Source of the DNA: Spirochaetia bacterium
GTDB lineage: Bacteria > Spirochaetota > Spirochaetia > SZUA-6 > Bin103
Direction of reading: 5' to 3'
Assembly: GCA_965203905.1 (NCBI GenBank)
Contig: CBDBDQ010000005.1
Coordinates: forward strand, 6,976,001-7,040,000
Length of the DNA: 64,000 nucleotides
Shown piece by piece: positions 10,266-20,148 of the stretch. The position numbers and the translations under genes are program-made. The notes beneath the pieces were generated by a model. That model made no database searches and was not told the DNA's origin. It saw only the letters and a program-made list of their open reading frames with translations. How positions within the stretch are numbered: position 1 is the stretch's first letter; each line of letters begins with the position of its first letter.

Positions 10266-11327
10266 CTACAGCGGCGCGCCTTCGCGCAACCAGGCCTCGG
10301 AGAAGCGGGCGCACTTGAGCCGGGTCTTGATGTTCTCGTACGGGGGGAAGTGGAAGGTCTTGGCCAGCCACTGCTGCCAGACGACCAGGATGGTGCCGTC
10401 GCCGGCCTGGGTAACGCCGGGGTAGGAGACCTGGCAGCCGGGGTTGGTGAGGATGCGGTGATGGGACCAGCTCGCGCACTCGTCGTAGGAGATGGCAACG
10501 CTCAGTGGCTAGCGGTTCATGGCGCCGATGTAGGGAGTGCTGGTCCACACCGCCACCACGGCGCTGGGCTCGAAGGAAAGGCGGTACAGCGCGGCGGGCG
10601 TGTTGGAGGCGACCAGGTTTGATGGCAACGGTGCACTCCAGGTAGCGCCGTGGTCGCCGCTGCGCGCCTGGTAGTGGCGGCCGCGGGTGGTGCGCACCAG
10701 CATCAGCAGGTCGCCGCCCGCCAGCTCCACCACCGTCGGCTCGTCGGCTCCGTTGGGGTCGCCGGGCAGCCGCACGCCGGCGCCGGGCTGCCAGGTGGCG
10801 CCGCCGTCGGTCGAGCGCAGCACGCCAGCGACGCTCACCATCTCGCGCTCGTACACCTGCGCGCCGCCCTCCAGGTTCTCGACGTAGTAGAAGGGCATGA
10901 TCAGGGTGCCGTCGCGCAGCGCGATCCCCTCGTTGCAGTTGCCGCAGTAGCGCCTGCCGGTGTCGATGCGGGTGGCCGCGCCCCAACTCCGTCCGTCGTC
11001 GTCGCTGGCGATGTGGTACAGCCCGGAGGTGGCATAGCGCGGCGCCTCACCCGCGTGCTCCTGCGTCGACTCGGCGCCGGTGTACTGCAGCACCACCCGG
11101 CGCTCCGCGGCCAGCAGTGCGACATCCCCATCCGCGCGGTCCACCAGCACCTGCGGCCGGCTCCAGGTGACGCCGGCATCCGCCGAACGCGCGCCGAGTA
11201 CTCGCTGCGACGACTTCCACACCGCCAGAACGTCGCCGTCCGGCAGCCGCGCGATGCCCGGAACCGAGCCGCCGATGAGTTCCGGATCGAGTGTCGATTC
11301 CTGGTAGTACGGTTCTTTGTGGACCAT
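10266..11327 (-). pseudogene. BNR/sialidase-family protein interrupted by one in-frame TAG (10509-10511)
   Basis: Asp-boxes SADAGVTW, SDDDGRSW, STDGGATW, SGDHGATW; after NR* the same frame continues PLSVAISYDECASW...VSYPGVTQAGDG...KCARFSEAWL to a TAG at 10266. Confidence 0.75.
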
Positions 11328-11437
11328 GATTCTGCCTCCGAGATGCCGCGCGGTTGGGCGAATTCGTTTCCTGGACAGGTGCCGGGACCTGAAGTAAGGT
11401 GACAATTCTCCAACAATCTCATCGTGGAGGTGCCGTC

Positions 11438-13477
11438 ATGCAGAACGGTCTACCCTACCTGCGGTCAACGCTGGCCGCAACCGTCCTCGGACTGGTCGCG
11501 GTTGCCACCGCCTTCGCAGCGCCGGAATTCAAGGGGTCGTTCCTCTGGGATGGGCCCATGCCGCAGAGCTTCAACGAGGCGCCGATGCTGGCGGCGAAGG
11601 TCGCGGCCGGCGAGCTGCCGCCGGTGGAGGACCGGCTGCCGGATCCGGGCGACGTATTGGTGATTCCGGTGGTCGAACGGATCGGCGACTACGGCGGCAC
11701 CTGGCGCCGGGCGGCACGGTCCGGTCCCGGCAACCAGGGGGTCGACCGGCTCATGATGGACCATGTGCTGCTGTTCGATCTCGACGGCGCGGAGGTGATT
11801 CCCAACGTCCTCAAGAGCTGGCAGGTGAGCCCCGACCAGCGCACCTTCACCATGCAGCTCCGGCGCGGGATGAAGTGGAATGACGGTACGCCGTTCACCG
11901 CCGACTCCTGGGTGTGGCCGAACGAGAACATCGTGCGCAACGAGAAGCTCAATCCCGCCAAGGAAGGGCGCCTGGGTTTTTCCCAGTTCGGGCCGAATCT
12001 GCGAAAGATCGACGACTACACCATCCAGTGGAGCTTCGACGAGCCCGCGGCCGGGTTCATCGACGAGCTGGCCACCTTCCGTATCGGAGGCTGGACATTC
12101 AACGGGCGCATCGGCGCACCGGCCTACGCACCCGGGCACTGGCTGGCGCAGTTCCACGAGGACCTGGTATCGGACGAGGCGGCTCTCGACGGCATGATCA
12201 AGGATGCCGGCTTCGACAACTGGGAGTCGTTCTTCAAGTCCAAGATGGACGTGCACGTGACCCTGGGCGTGCCGACGATCTCGCCGTGGGTCACGCAGAC
12301 CCTCGGCACCTCGGAGCTGTACGTCCTGGAGCGCAATCCCTACTACTACGCCGTGGACCCCGAGGGGAACCAGCTCCCCTACATCGACCGCATCGAGCAT
12401 CTGCCCGTCGAGGACAACGAGGTGCTCCAGCTCCGCGCAATCGCCGGTGAGGTCGACTTCCAGCAGCGGAGCATCTCCTTCGACCAGGTGCCGGTGTTCC
12501 TGGAGAACGCCGAGAAGGGCGACTACCGCGTCATCTTCTGGCCTTCGGATGCCAGCATCGCCGTCCCCTTCAACTACTCGTACGGACTCGGAGATGTCGC
12601 CGAGGCCCCCGATCCGGAGATCCGCAAGTGGATCACCAACGTGGACTTCAAGATCGCGCTCTCGCACGCCATCAATCGGCCCAAGATCAACGAGATCGCA
12701 TTCTTCGGCACCGGCACCCCGAAGCAGGCGGTGTTCCCCAAGGGCCACCCCCACTATCCGGGAGAGGAGATCGAGAAGCTCTACACCGAGTACGACCCGG
12801 ACCAGGCGAACGCGATCCTGGACCGCCTCGGACTCGACAAGAAGGACGACGAGGGCTTCCGTCTGCGCAGCGACGGAGAGGGCCGTCTGAAGCTGGAATT
12901 CATCGACACCGCCGGCCCCCCCTGGAAGGTGGCGACCGCCGCGCTGATCATCGAGGACTGGGCCAAGGTGGGAATCGACGTCAGTTACATCACCGAGGCG
13001 TGGCCGGTGTTCTCCGAGCGCGAGGGCGGGAACCTGCACCAGATCGCCCGCCTCGACATAGACGTGAACGCCAGAACGCCGACCAGCCTCGTCGAGGGCA
13101 GGCACGCGTTCCCCGGTTATCAGAACTGGTACGCCTCCCGCAAGGGAGCCAGGCTCCTGGGCAGCGGCGCCGTGGCGGTCGAGCCCCCCGCGGACGACGC
13201 GGACTTCTGGCGCCTGGTGGAGCTGAGTGACGAGGCCGCCACCCTGCGCTACAAGGACCGCACCGAGAACTACATCGAGAGCCAGAAGATCGCGGTCGAG
13301 AACCTGTACGTGATCGGGATCATGGGCGACACGCCGGCGTTCGGCGGCGTGATCATCGCCAAGAACAACTTCCGCAACGTGCCGGACAAGGCCAAGAACG
13401 TCTCGGAGCTGCAGAACCCCGGCACCGGGCGCACGGCGCAGTTCTTCTTCGAGGGCGGCAAGAACGACTCCGAATAG
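11438..13477 (+). CDS. ABC transporter substrate-binding protein, family 5 (OppA/DppA-like)
   Basis: EAPMLAAKVAAGELPPVEDRLP, IGDYGGT, LRRGMKWNDG, ERNPYYYAVDPEGNQLPYID; RBS GGAGG. Confidence 0.9.
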   Translation: MQNGLPYLRSTLAATVLGLVAVATAFAAPEFKGSFLWDGPMPQSFNEAPMLAAKVAAGELPPVEDRLPDPGDVLVIPVVERIGDYGGTWRRAARSGPGNQGVDRLMMDHVLLFDLDGAEVIPNVLKSWQVSPDQRTFTMQLRRGMKWNDGTPFTADSWVWPNENIVRNEKLNPAKEGRLGFSQFGPNLRKIDDYTIQWSFDEPAAGFIDELATFRIGGWTFNGRIGAPAYAPGHWLAQFHEDLVSDEAALDGMIKDAGFDNWESFFKSKMDVHVTLGVPTISPWVTQTLGTSELYVLERNPYYYAVDPEGNQLPYIDRIEHLPVEDNEVLQLRAIAGEVDFQQRSISFDQVPVFLENAEKGDYRVIFWPSDASIAVPFNYSYGLGDVAEAPDPEIRKWITNVDFKIALSHAINRPKINEIAFFGTGTPKQAVFPKGHPHYPGEEIEKLYTEYDPDQANAILDRLGLDKKDDEGFRLRSDGEGRLKLEFIDTAGPPWKVATAALIIEDWAKVGIDVSYITEAWPVFSEREGGNLHQIARLDIDVNARTPTSLVEGRHAFPGYQNWYASRKGARLLGSGAVAVEPPADDADFWRLVELSDEAATLRYKDRTENYIESQKIAVENLYVIGIMGDTPAFGGVIIAKNNFRNVPDKAKNVSELQNPGTGRTAQFFFEGGKNDSE

Positions 13478-13492
13478 TAATAACTGATGCCT

Positions 13493-13525
13493 GACGGACG
13501 GCCGGTGCGCACCCGGCCGTCCGTC
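13493..13525 (+). terminator. Stem-loop after the SBP gene (terminator or mRNA stabiliser)
   Basis: 13-bp inverted repeat GACGGACGGCCGG/CCGGCCGTCCGTC. Confidence 0.6.
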
Positions 13526-13536
13526 GAACATTCGCC

Positions 13537-14544
13537 ATGATCGCCTTCCTGGTCCGGCGCACCCTGCTGGCCGTGGTGACCACCTTCGCCATCTCCATCG
13601 TGGGGTTTCTCGTCATTCAGCTTCCCCCGGGCGACTACATCAGCATGTACGTGCAGACGCTGGTCGACCCGTCGGGAGAAGGCAGCGCCCAGACCATGGT
13701 GGACCCGGCCCTGGAGCAGCAGTTGCGCCGCGACTTCGGTCTCGACCAGCCGGTGATCCTGCAGTACCTGAAGTGGGCCTGGCGCATGCTGCGGCTCGAC
13801 TGGGGGATCTCCTTTCACTTCAAGCAGCGCATCACGGAGGTCGTATTCAGCTACCGGCTGCTGAACACCGTGCTTCTGGCGCTGGGCACCGTCCTGTTCA
13901 CCTGGGTGCTGGCGATCCCGATCGGGATCTACTCCGCGGTGCGCCACAACACGGCCGCCGACTACATCGTCACGTTCGTGGGGTTTCTCGGTCTGGCGGT
14001 GCCCGACTTCCTGCTCGCGCTGGCGCTGATGTGGTTCGCGTATACCGCCTTCGGCATCAGCGCGGGCGGTCTCTACTCCGCCGAGTACGTCACCGCGCCC
14101 TGGAGCCTCGGCAAGGTGATCGACCTGCTCAAGCACCTGTGGATTCCCGCCATCGTGCTGGGGACCTCGGGCACCGCGGCGTTGATCAGGATCCTGCGCA
14201 ACAACCTGCTGGACGAGCTGGGGAAGCTGTACGTGATCGCGGCGCGGGCCAAGGGGCTGGCGGAGGCGACGCTGGTCTTCAAGTACCCGGTGCGGATGGC
14301 GTTGAATCCGCTGGTGAGCACGGTCGGATACCTGCTGCCGTTCCTGTTCTCGGGCAGCATCATCGTCTCGGTGGTGCTGAGCCTGCCGACCCTCGGACCG
14401 GTGCTGCTGGGGGCGATCGTTCAGGAAGACCTGTTCCTGGCCGCCACCATCACGGTGCTGCTGGGATTCCTGACGGTGCTGGGGACGCTGATCTCGGATC
14501 TGCTGCTGGTGGTCGTCGATCCGCGCATCAGGGCGGGCGGATAG
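13537..14544 (+). CDS. ABC transporter permease (OppB/DppB-like)
   Basis: IQLPPGDY, FGLDQP, PIGIYSA, ARAKGLAE, DPRIR. Confidence 0.9.
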   Translation: MIAFLVRRTLLAVVTTFAISIVGFLVIQLPPGDYISMYVQTLVDPSGEGSAQTMVDPALEQQLRRDFGLDQPVILQYLKWAWRMLRLDWGISFHFKQRITEVVFSYRLLNTVLLALGTVLFTWVLAIPIGIYSAVRHNTAADYIVTFVGFLGLAVPDFLLALALMWFAYTAFGISAGGLYSAEYVTAPWSLGKVIDLLKHLWIPAIVLGTSGTAALIRILRNNLLDELGKLYVIAARAKGLAEATLVFKYPVRMALNPLVSTVGYLLPFLFSGSIIVSVVLSLPTLGPVLLGAIVQEDLFLAATITVLLGFLTVLGTLISDLLLVVVDPRIRAGG

Positions 14545-14546
14545 GG

Positions 14547-15674
14547 GTGGCCGGACCAACGCTGCCGCGCGCGGCCAGACACTCGGAGCGGGACGCTGTC
14601 TCCGAAGCCGGACAGTGGCGGTTGATGTGGCGGGCCTTCCGCAAGCACCGGGTCGCGACGGTGTGCGCCGCGGTCGTTGCCGGCTTCTACTTCGTGGCCC
14701 TGTTCGCGGACTTCTTCTCCAGCGTCGATCCGACGGTCTCGGACGAGCTGGTCACCTACCTGCCTCCCCAGAGCATCCACTGGCTCGACGGCGGATCCTT
14801 GCGGCCGTACGTCGAGGGGATCACCAGCCGCCGGGATCCCGCCACGTTCAAGAAGCACTACGCGGCCGACCCCGAGGTGAAACTGCCGTTGCGCTTCTTC
14901 GGCCGCGGCTACGAGTACCGGCTGCTCGGCCTGGTACCCGCCGACCGGCACCTGCTGGTCGTGGAGGGAGACCGGCGCACCGCGCCGTACCTGCTCGGCA
15001 CCGACAACCTGGGCCGTGACGTCCTGGCCCGCATTCTGCGCGGATCGCGCGTCTCGCTGACCATCGGCCTGGTCGGGGTGGCCATCAGCTTCGTCCTGGG
15101 CGTCATGCTCGGAGGCATCTCCGGCTACTACGGCGGACCGATCGACACCCTGATCCAGCGCTTGATCGAGGTTCTGAACTCGATCCCCTCGCTGCCCCTC
15201 TGGATCGCCCTGGCGTCCGCCATGCCGCGGGACTGGAGCCTGACCCAGAGATACTTCGCGATCACTGCGATCATCGCGCTGACCGGCTGGACCCACCTGG
15301 CGCGGGTGGTGCGGGGCAGGCTGCTCTCCATGCGCGAGGAGGACTTCATCGTTGCCGCGCGACTTACCGGCGCCCGCGACGGGTCGATCATCGGCCGCCA
15401 CATGGTGCCGAACTTCGCCAGCCACCTGATCGCGGTCGTCACCCTGGCGATTCCCGGCATGATCATCGGCGAGACTTCGTTGAGCTTTCTCGGACTGGGC
15501 CTGCGGCCGCCGGCGATCAGTTGGGGCGTGCTCCTGCAGGCCGCCCAGAACGTGCAGTCAGTGGCCCTCTATCCGTGGCTGATGGTCGCCGCGGCGCCCG
15601 TCATCGTGGCGGTGCTGGTGTTCAACTTCGTCGGCGACGGGTTGCGCGACGCGGCCGACCCGTACTCGAGGTAA
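14547..15674 (+). CDS. ABC transporter permease (OppC/DppC-like)
   Basis: Inferred GTG start at 14547; LGTDNLGRD, SLTIGLVG, LSFLGLG, FNFVGDGLRDAADP. Confidence 0.9.
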   Translation: MAGPTLPRAARHSERDAVSEAGQWRLMWRAFRKHRVATVCAAVVAGFYFVALFADFFSSVDPTVSDELVTYLPPQSIHWLDGGSLRPYVEGITSRRDPATFKKHYAADPEVKLPLRFFGRGYEYRLLGLVPADRHLLVVEGDRRTAPYLLGTDNLGRDVLARILRGSRVSLTIGLVGVAISFVLGVMLGGISGYYGGPIDTLIQRLIEVLNSIPSLPLWIALASAMPRDWSLTQRYFAITAIIALTGWTHLARVVRGRLLSMREEDFIVAARLTGARDGSIIGRHMVPNFASHLIAVVTLAIPGMIIGETSLSFLGLGLRPPAISWGVLLQAAQNVQSVALYPWLMVAAAPVIVAVLVFNFVGDGLRDAADPYSR

Positions 15675-15704
15675 TCCTTTTTGTTGAAATAATCTGTTGG
15701 ACAT

Positions 15705-15724
15705 TGTAGCTTCCAGAAGCTACA
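15705..15724. promoter_or_regulatory. Palindromic operator-like site in an AT-rich spacer
   Basis: TGTAGCTTC-CA-GAAGCTACA, perfect 9-bp arms, 25 nt upstream of the sialidase start. Confidence 0.45.
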
Positions 15725-15749
15725 CTCACTCCTGCCGTGGAGGAAGAAA

Positions 15750-16778
15750 ATGATCGAGAAGTTCACGATAAGCCGCGACGACAGCATCTACGAGGCCTGG
15801 CCCGACGTCGCTCTGACCCGCACCGGACGGCTGGCGTGCGCCTTCACCGAGTGCCTTCACCATCTCGATCGCACCTACGCCCGCGTCATGGCAGCCGACT
15901 CCGTCGACCGCGGCAGGACCTGGAGTGCGAAGCGTCCCGTGACCGAGGCGACCCGCGGATCGACCAACTGGAACGGGCCTCGCATCGTGCAGCTAAGCGA
16001 CGGGCGGCTGGTGGTGATCGTGGAAAAGGTCTCCGGCAACGGCAGGCGGCGCGGCCGCACCCACCTCGTGTACAGCGACGACGACGGCGCCACCTGGGGT
16101 GAACCGGAGGCAACGCCGGCGATCGGCATCGTGCCCGACAGGCTGCTGGAGCTGGCCAGCGGCCGCTGGCTGCTGTCGAGCCACGAAGAGGAAGAGGGCT
16201 TCGGCTACCTCGTGCAGCGGCTGTGGTACTCGGACGACCGCGGCGCGACCTGGAGTGATCCGGTGGTGGTCGGCAGACAGGAGGGCCTCAACCTGTGCGA
16301 AGCCTCGATCCTGCCGGTGGACGACCTGCTGGTCGCCTTCATGCGCGAGAACTCGATGCTCGGCCGGACCTGCTACAAGACGATCTCGCGGGACTCCGGG
16401 GCAAGCTGGGGCGAGCCGATCGGGTTCCCGCTCCCCGGCTGTCACCGCCCGGTGGCGGGCTGGCTGCAGGAGGGACCCGTCCTGATCACCTACCGCATGC
16501 ACCAGGGCGGCAAGTTCGGCTGGGGCAAGCGCACCCAGAACTTCCTCGCCGCCACCGCCGACCGGGAGTCGGTACTGGCCTCCAGCTACACCGAGTCCAA
16601 TACCCGCATCATGCCGCTCGACTACGACCGCTCGCCGGTCAGCGACACCGGCTACTCGGGATGGGTGCAGTTCGACGACGGCGAGATCTACGTCGTCAAC
16701 TACATCGTCGACGACGCCCCCAACGGTCAGATTCGCGGCTACTCGCTGCGACTGGAGGATTTCACCGTAACCCCGTGA
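15750..16778 (+). CDS. BNR/sialidase-family protein
   Basis: YEAWPD, SVDRGRTW, SDDDGATW, SDDRGATW, SRDSGASW, DTGYSGWV. Confidence 0.82.
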   Translation: MIEKFTISRDDSIYEAWPDVALTRTGRLACAFTECLHHLDRTYARVMAADSVDRGRTWSAKRPVTEATRGSTNWNGPRIVQLSDGRLVVIVEKVSGNGRRRGRTHLVYSDDDGATWGEPEATPAIGIVPDRLLELASGRWLLSSHEEEEGFGYLVQRLWYSDDRGATWSDPVVVGRQEGLNLCEASILPVDDLLVAFMRENSMLGRTCYKTISRDSGASWGEPIGFPLPGCHRPVAGWLQEGPVLITYRMHQGGKFGWGKRTQNFLAATADRESVLASSYTESNTRIMPLDYDRSPVSDTGYSGWVQFDDGEIYVVNYIVDDAPNGQIRGYSLRLEDFTVTP

Positions 16779-18360
16779 CGGGTGTGACCGTCAGGGTCCG
16801 GTTGGCAGGCACTTCGCGCAGCACGGTGACTTCGCCGTTGGCCCACTCCACGCGCACCTCCTCCGCCTCCCCCGCCGCACCGAGGCCGAAGTGGGCCGAC
16901 AGCTCGGAGGAGCCCAGGTAGGTCGAGCCGCCGTCGAGGTAGCGGTACTGGGTGGTGCCGGATGCCCGCACCGAAACCCGGCTCCCGAAGCCGTTCGGAG
17001 CGAGGTCGGCGGCGGCGCTGGTGTCGAGAAAGATCCGCAGCCAGTTGCCGACGGAACCGGCGCCGGCGTTGCAGAACAGGCTCATGCCGCCCTCGTTGTT
17101 GAAGATCAGGATGTCCCGGTCACCGTCGTTGTCGTGGTCGAGGGTCACCAGGCCGCGGCCCTGATGGGTGTGATTAAAGCCGACCTGGCGTGAGATCTCG
17201 CTGAAGGTCAGGTCCCCGTTGTTGCGGAACAGGTAGCTGCGCTCCCCCATCCACTCCCCCGGCAGGCCCGACTGGTCCTCCCACCAGCCGTTGGTCTCGA
17301 CGATGTCGAGGAATCCGTCGTGGTCGACGTCGACCGCCGCCACCCCCCATCCCCAGCCTCCGTCCCGCACCCGCGCCGCGCCGGAACGCTCCTCGAAGCG
17401 GTGGTTACCGCGGTTGAGGTAGAGCATGTTGCCGGTCCCTGAAATATCGGGGTGGAGGTCGGCGGTGTAGATCGAGGTCACGTACCAGTCGAGCAGGCCG
17501 TCGTTGTCGAAGTCGGCCACGGCGCTGCCCATGCCGTTGGCGTCCAGGCCGGTGCCGGACTGCTGCGTCAGGTCGCTGAAGGTGCCGTCGCGGTTGTTGC
17601 GGAAGTAGCGGCTGGTGCCGTAGTCGGCGGCCACCAGCAGCTCGGGGTAGCGGTCGCCGTCCATGTCGGCAAAGCGGGCACTGAACCCGAGGCTGGCCGC
17701 TTCATAGATGCGGGACGCGGCGGTCAGGTTGAGAAAGGTGCCGTCCCCCTGGTTGCCGAACAGCAGGCCGGCGGCGGCGGAGCGGCCGAAGATGGTGATG
17801 AACAGGTCCAGGTCGCCGTCCAGATCGTAGTCGCCGAATACGGGGCCCAATCCGAGCACCGCGCGCTCGTCGCTGGGATCGATGCTGGCGAGCACGTTGA
17901 CCCGGGCCGCCGCGGCGACCTCGGTAAAGGTGCCGTCCCCGTTGTTGCGGTACAGCAGGTTGTAGCCCAGGCTGCCCACGAAGAGGTCGATCCAGCCGTC
18001 GTTGTCGTAGTCTCCGACGGCGCTGCCGTAGCCCCGGTGCAGGCGGGCCACTCCCGCCGCGGCGGCACGGTCGGTGAAGGTCCCGTCCCCGTTGTTGATA
18101 TACAGCGCATCGGGTGCCGTGCCCCCGGACGCGTAGAACACGTCCTGCCACCCGTCGTTGTCGAAATCCGCCACCGAGCCGCCTGAAACCGCGGCGTTGA
18201 CGACCGGCGGGCCGTCCCTCCGCTGCGTAGCCGGCAGGCCCGCCGCTTCCGTGCACTCCTGGAACCTCAGCTCCGGCGAGATCCCCGGTTCCGCCGCCAG
18301 CCGCAGCAACGGTGCGAGCAGGAGAATCGCAATCAGGGCATCCCTCAGGCGCAGGTTCAA
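16762..18360 (-). CDS. CRTAC1-family secreted protein (FG-GAP/VCBS repeats plus ASPIC/UnbV domain)
   Basis: Repeated D(F/Y)DNDGxxD and YxNNGDGTF motifs; C-terminal GGSTYLG...HFGLG; signal peptide. Confidence 0.88.
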   Translation of the reverse strand: MNLRLRDALIAILLLAPLLRLAAEPGISPELRFQECTEAAGLPATQRRDGPPVVNAAVSGGSVADFDNDGWQDVFYASGGTAPDALYINNGDGTFTDRAAAAGVARLHRGYGSAVGDYDNDGWIDLFVGSLGYNLLYRNNGDGTFTEVAAAARVNVLASIDPSDERAVLGLGPVFGDYDLDGDLDLFITIFGRSAAAGLLFGNQGDGTFLNLTAASRIYEAASLGFSARFADMDGDRYPELLVAADYGTSRYFRNNRDGTFSDLTQQSGTGLDANGMGSAVADFDNDGLLDWYVTSIYTADLHPDISGTGNMLYLNRGNHRFEERSGAARVRDGGWGWGVAAVDVDHDGFLDIVETNGWWEDQSGLPGEWMGERSYLFRNNGDLTFSEISRQVGFNHTHQGRGLVTLDHDNDGDRDILIFNNEGGMSLFCNAGAGSVGNWLRIFLDTSAAADLAPNGFGSRVSVRASGTTQYRYLDGGSTYLGSSELSAHFGLGAAGEAEEVRVEWANGEVTVLREVPANRTLTVTPVTGLR

Positions 18361-18693
18361 GGCCTCATCCCCGCAGCGGCTGCCTCGTAACCGCCGTGCC
18401 GGGCCAGGAGGCGCGCTGCGTCGTCATCCCGCTACTGTACAACGACGGCATGGCACGGGTATCGACTCGCCGGGCGCTTTCAGTTATGTGTAGATTCGGA
18501 TCGCCCGGCTGCCATCCAGGTCCAGGTCGGGCGTGCTGCCGGGCGACAGAGCGAATCAGGCACTCGAAAAGGAAGGGAGGTGAGAGCGAACAATAATTCG
18601 ACTACCAATGATGTGATGGTGGCGAATCGACAACAGGCCAGATCACATCTCGCAAAGATTACACACATACCCTATGACAAGGAGAGAGAGGAA

Positions 18694-20028
18694 GTGAGAA
18701 ACAGATTTTCGATTCTCGCAATGGTGCTGATTGCCGGCCTTATCCTGCCGCTTGCGTTGTTTGCAACCGGCGAGGAGGAAGCAGCCGTAACGATCCCTGA
18801 AGGCATCGATCTGGTGACCCCGGAACGGATCGGCAATCCCAACGCAGGGATCACCCTGGTGTGGTCTCCGCAGCAGGTTTACGGGCCGTTCTCCGACATC
18901 CCGGCGCGCACCTCGTATCTCAGGGAGAAGCTGGAAGAGTGGACGCGGGCGCACCCGAACGTCAAGATCGAGCCCGTGATATGGGGCGGCGATGCCAACG
19001 CATTCTATGCGAAGCTGGCCGCGGAAGCCGCCTCCGGCAGAGCTCCCGACGCCGTCCAGATGCCCGATCTTCCCATTTACAATCAGTGGCTGCAGCCTAT
19101 CGACCAGTACATCCGGGACGAGCTCGACGACTTCTTCCCGTGGACGCACGAGATCATGATCGACCCGGCGGACGGCAAGATCAAGCGAATCAAGTTCAAC
19201 ACCGGGACCGGCGGCCTCTGGTATCGGCGCGACCTGGTGCCGGAGCCGCCGCGCTCCTTCGACGACCTGATAGCAGCCGCCAAGAAGCTGCAGGCCGAAG
19301 GAATGGAAAGTCCGATCGGAGCGGTCAGCGCACCGATCTACCACCTGATTTTCCCGATGTGGTCTTCTCAGGGCAGGTCCTGGTACGACGAGAACGAGCA
19401 GCCGACCTTCGGCAATATTCCGGAAGACCGGCAGGCCATGATCGACATCTTCGCCGTCTACCGGACCCTCATCGACGAGGGCCTGATGTCGTTGAACGTG
19501 CTGGAGTTGGCCAACAACATGGACTGGGCCACCGAGATGGGCCGGGGAACGGTAGCGTTCTTTCTGGGCAACATGTGGACCAGTCAGTTGGAGCAGGCGA
19601 TGTCCCCCGAGGAGGTCGACAACTGGGCTCTGACCCACTACCCGCAGATGACTGCAGACGCACCGCGCAGTGCGGCCGCCGGCGGCTGGAACTATGGTTT
19701 CTTCTCCGACGACCCTGAGAAACTGGAGCTTGCAGTGGATCTGGTCATGCATCTGTATGCCAGCGCGGATGGCATGGCGGGCTGGTGCGAAGCAGGCGGC
19801 TATCCGCCCTCGCGCGCAAGCGTGTATCAGTATCCGGCCTTTCAGAGCAGGTTCTTCCAGGAACTCTCCGCGGTTCTTGCAGTGGCGAGGCCGTGGCCAT
19901 CGAGCAGCACCATGCAAGTGATGTGGGGCGAAGCGACGAACGCCTATGAGGCAATGCTGCTTGGCCAGGTGACGCCCGAGGAAGCGGTGGATGCCTTCTG
20001 GGAGGGCACCCTCGACCAGATGAAATAG
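18694..20028 (+). CDS. Sugar ABC transporter substrate-binding protein
   Basis: GTG start; signal ending LFATGEEE; GRAPD, LWYRRDLV, GGWNYG. Confidence 0.85.
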   Translation: MRNRFSILAMVLIAGLILPLALFATGEEEAAVTIPEGIDLVTPERIGNPNAGITLVWSPQQVYGPFSDIPARTSYLREKLEEWTRAHPNVKIEPVIWGGDANAFYAKLAAEAASGRAPDAVQMPDLPIYNQWLQPIDQYIRDELDDFFPWTHEIMIDPADGKIKRIKFNTGTGGLWYRRDLVPEPPRSFDDLIAAAKKLQAEGMESPIGAVSAPIYHLIFPMWSSQGRSWYDENEQPTFGNIPEDRQAMIDIFAVYRTLIDEGLMSLNVLELANNMDWATEMGRGTVAFFLGNMWTSQLEQAMSPEEVDNWALTHYPQMTADAPRSAAAGGWNYGFFSDDPEKLELAVDLVMHLYASADGMAGWCEAGGYPPSRASVYQYPAFQSRFFQELSAVLAVARPWPSSSTMQVMWGEATNAYEAMLLGQVTPEEAVDAFWEGTLDQMK

Positions 20029-20029
20029 A

Positions 20030-20098
20030 TAGCCGCCCGTAGTGGAACCCGGCGTCGCGCCGCGCGAATGCAGCCGGTATTTCGCCACGGGTTGCTGG
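20030..20098. repeat. MITE/REP-like element copy
   Basis: TAGCCGCCCGTAGTGGAACCCGG...GAATGCAGCCGGTATTTCGCCACGGGTTGCTGG; degenerate terminal inverted repeats. Confidence 0.7.
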
Positions 20099-20148
20099 TG
20101 GCGGCCCTGGGGCATCCCGGGGTCCGCTTACTGTCGAGGAGAGGGACT

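Noticed and set aside
10509-10511. Genome-wide TAG recoding
   Set aside because: TAG is the normal stop of many genes here (for example 2952, 5609, 14544, 20028, 59939, 61462).
10195-10986. 263-aa N-terminal extension of ORF 8821..10986
   Set aside because: Arg/Gly-rich shadow frame of the sialidase gene; the paralog 7430..8833 supports a start near 10194.
11465-13531. 688-aa antisense ORF and similar long antisense ORFs
   Set aside because: Mirror frames of high-GC3 genes with no recognisable motifs.
18590-18690. Riboswitch upstream of the sugar SBP (GATGTGAT/ATCACATC dyad)
   Set aside because: No match to riboswitch consensus motifs I can recognise; at most an operator or weak hairpin.
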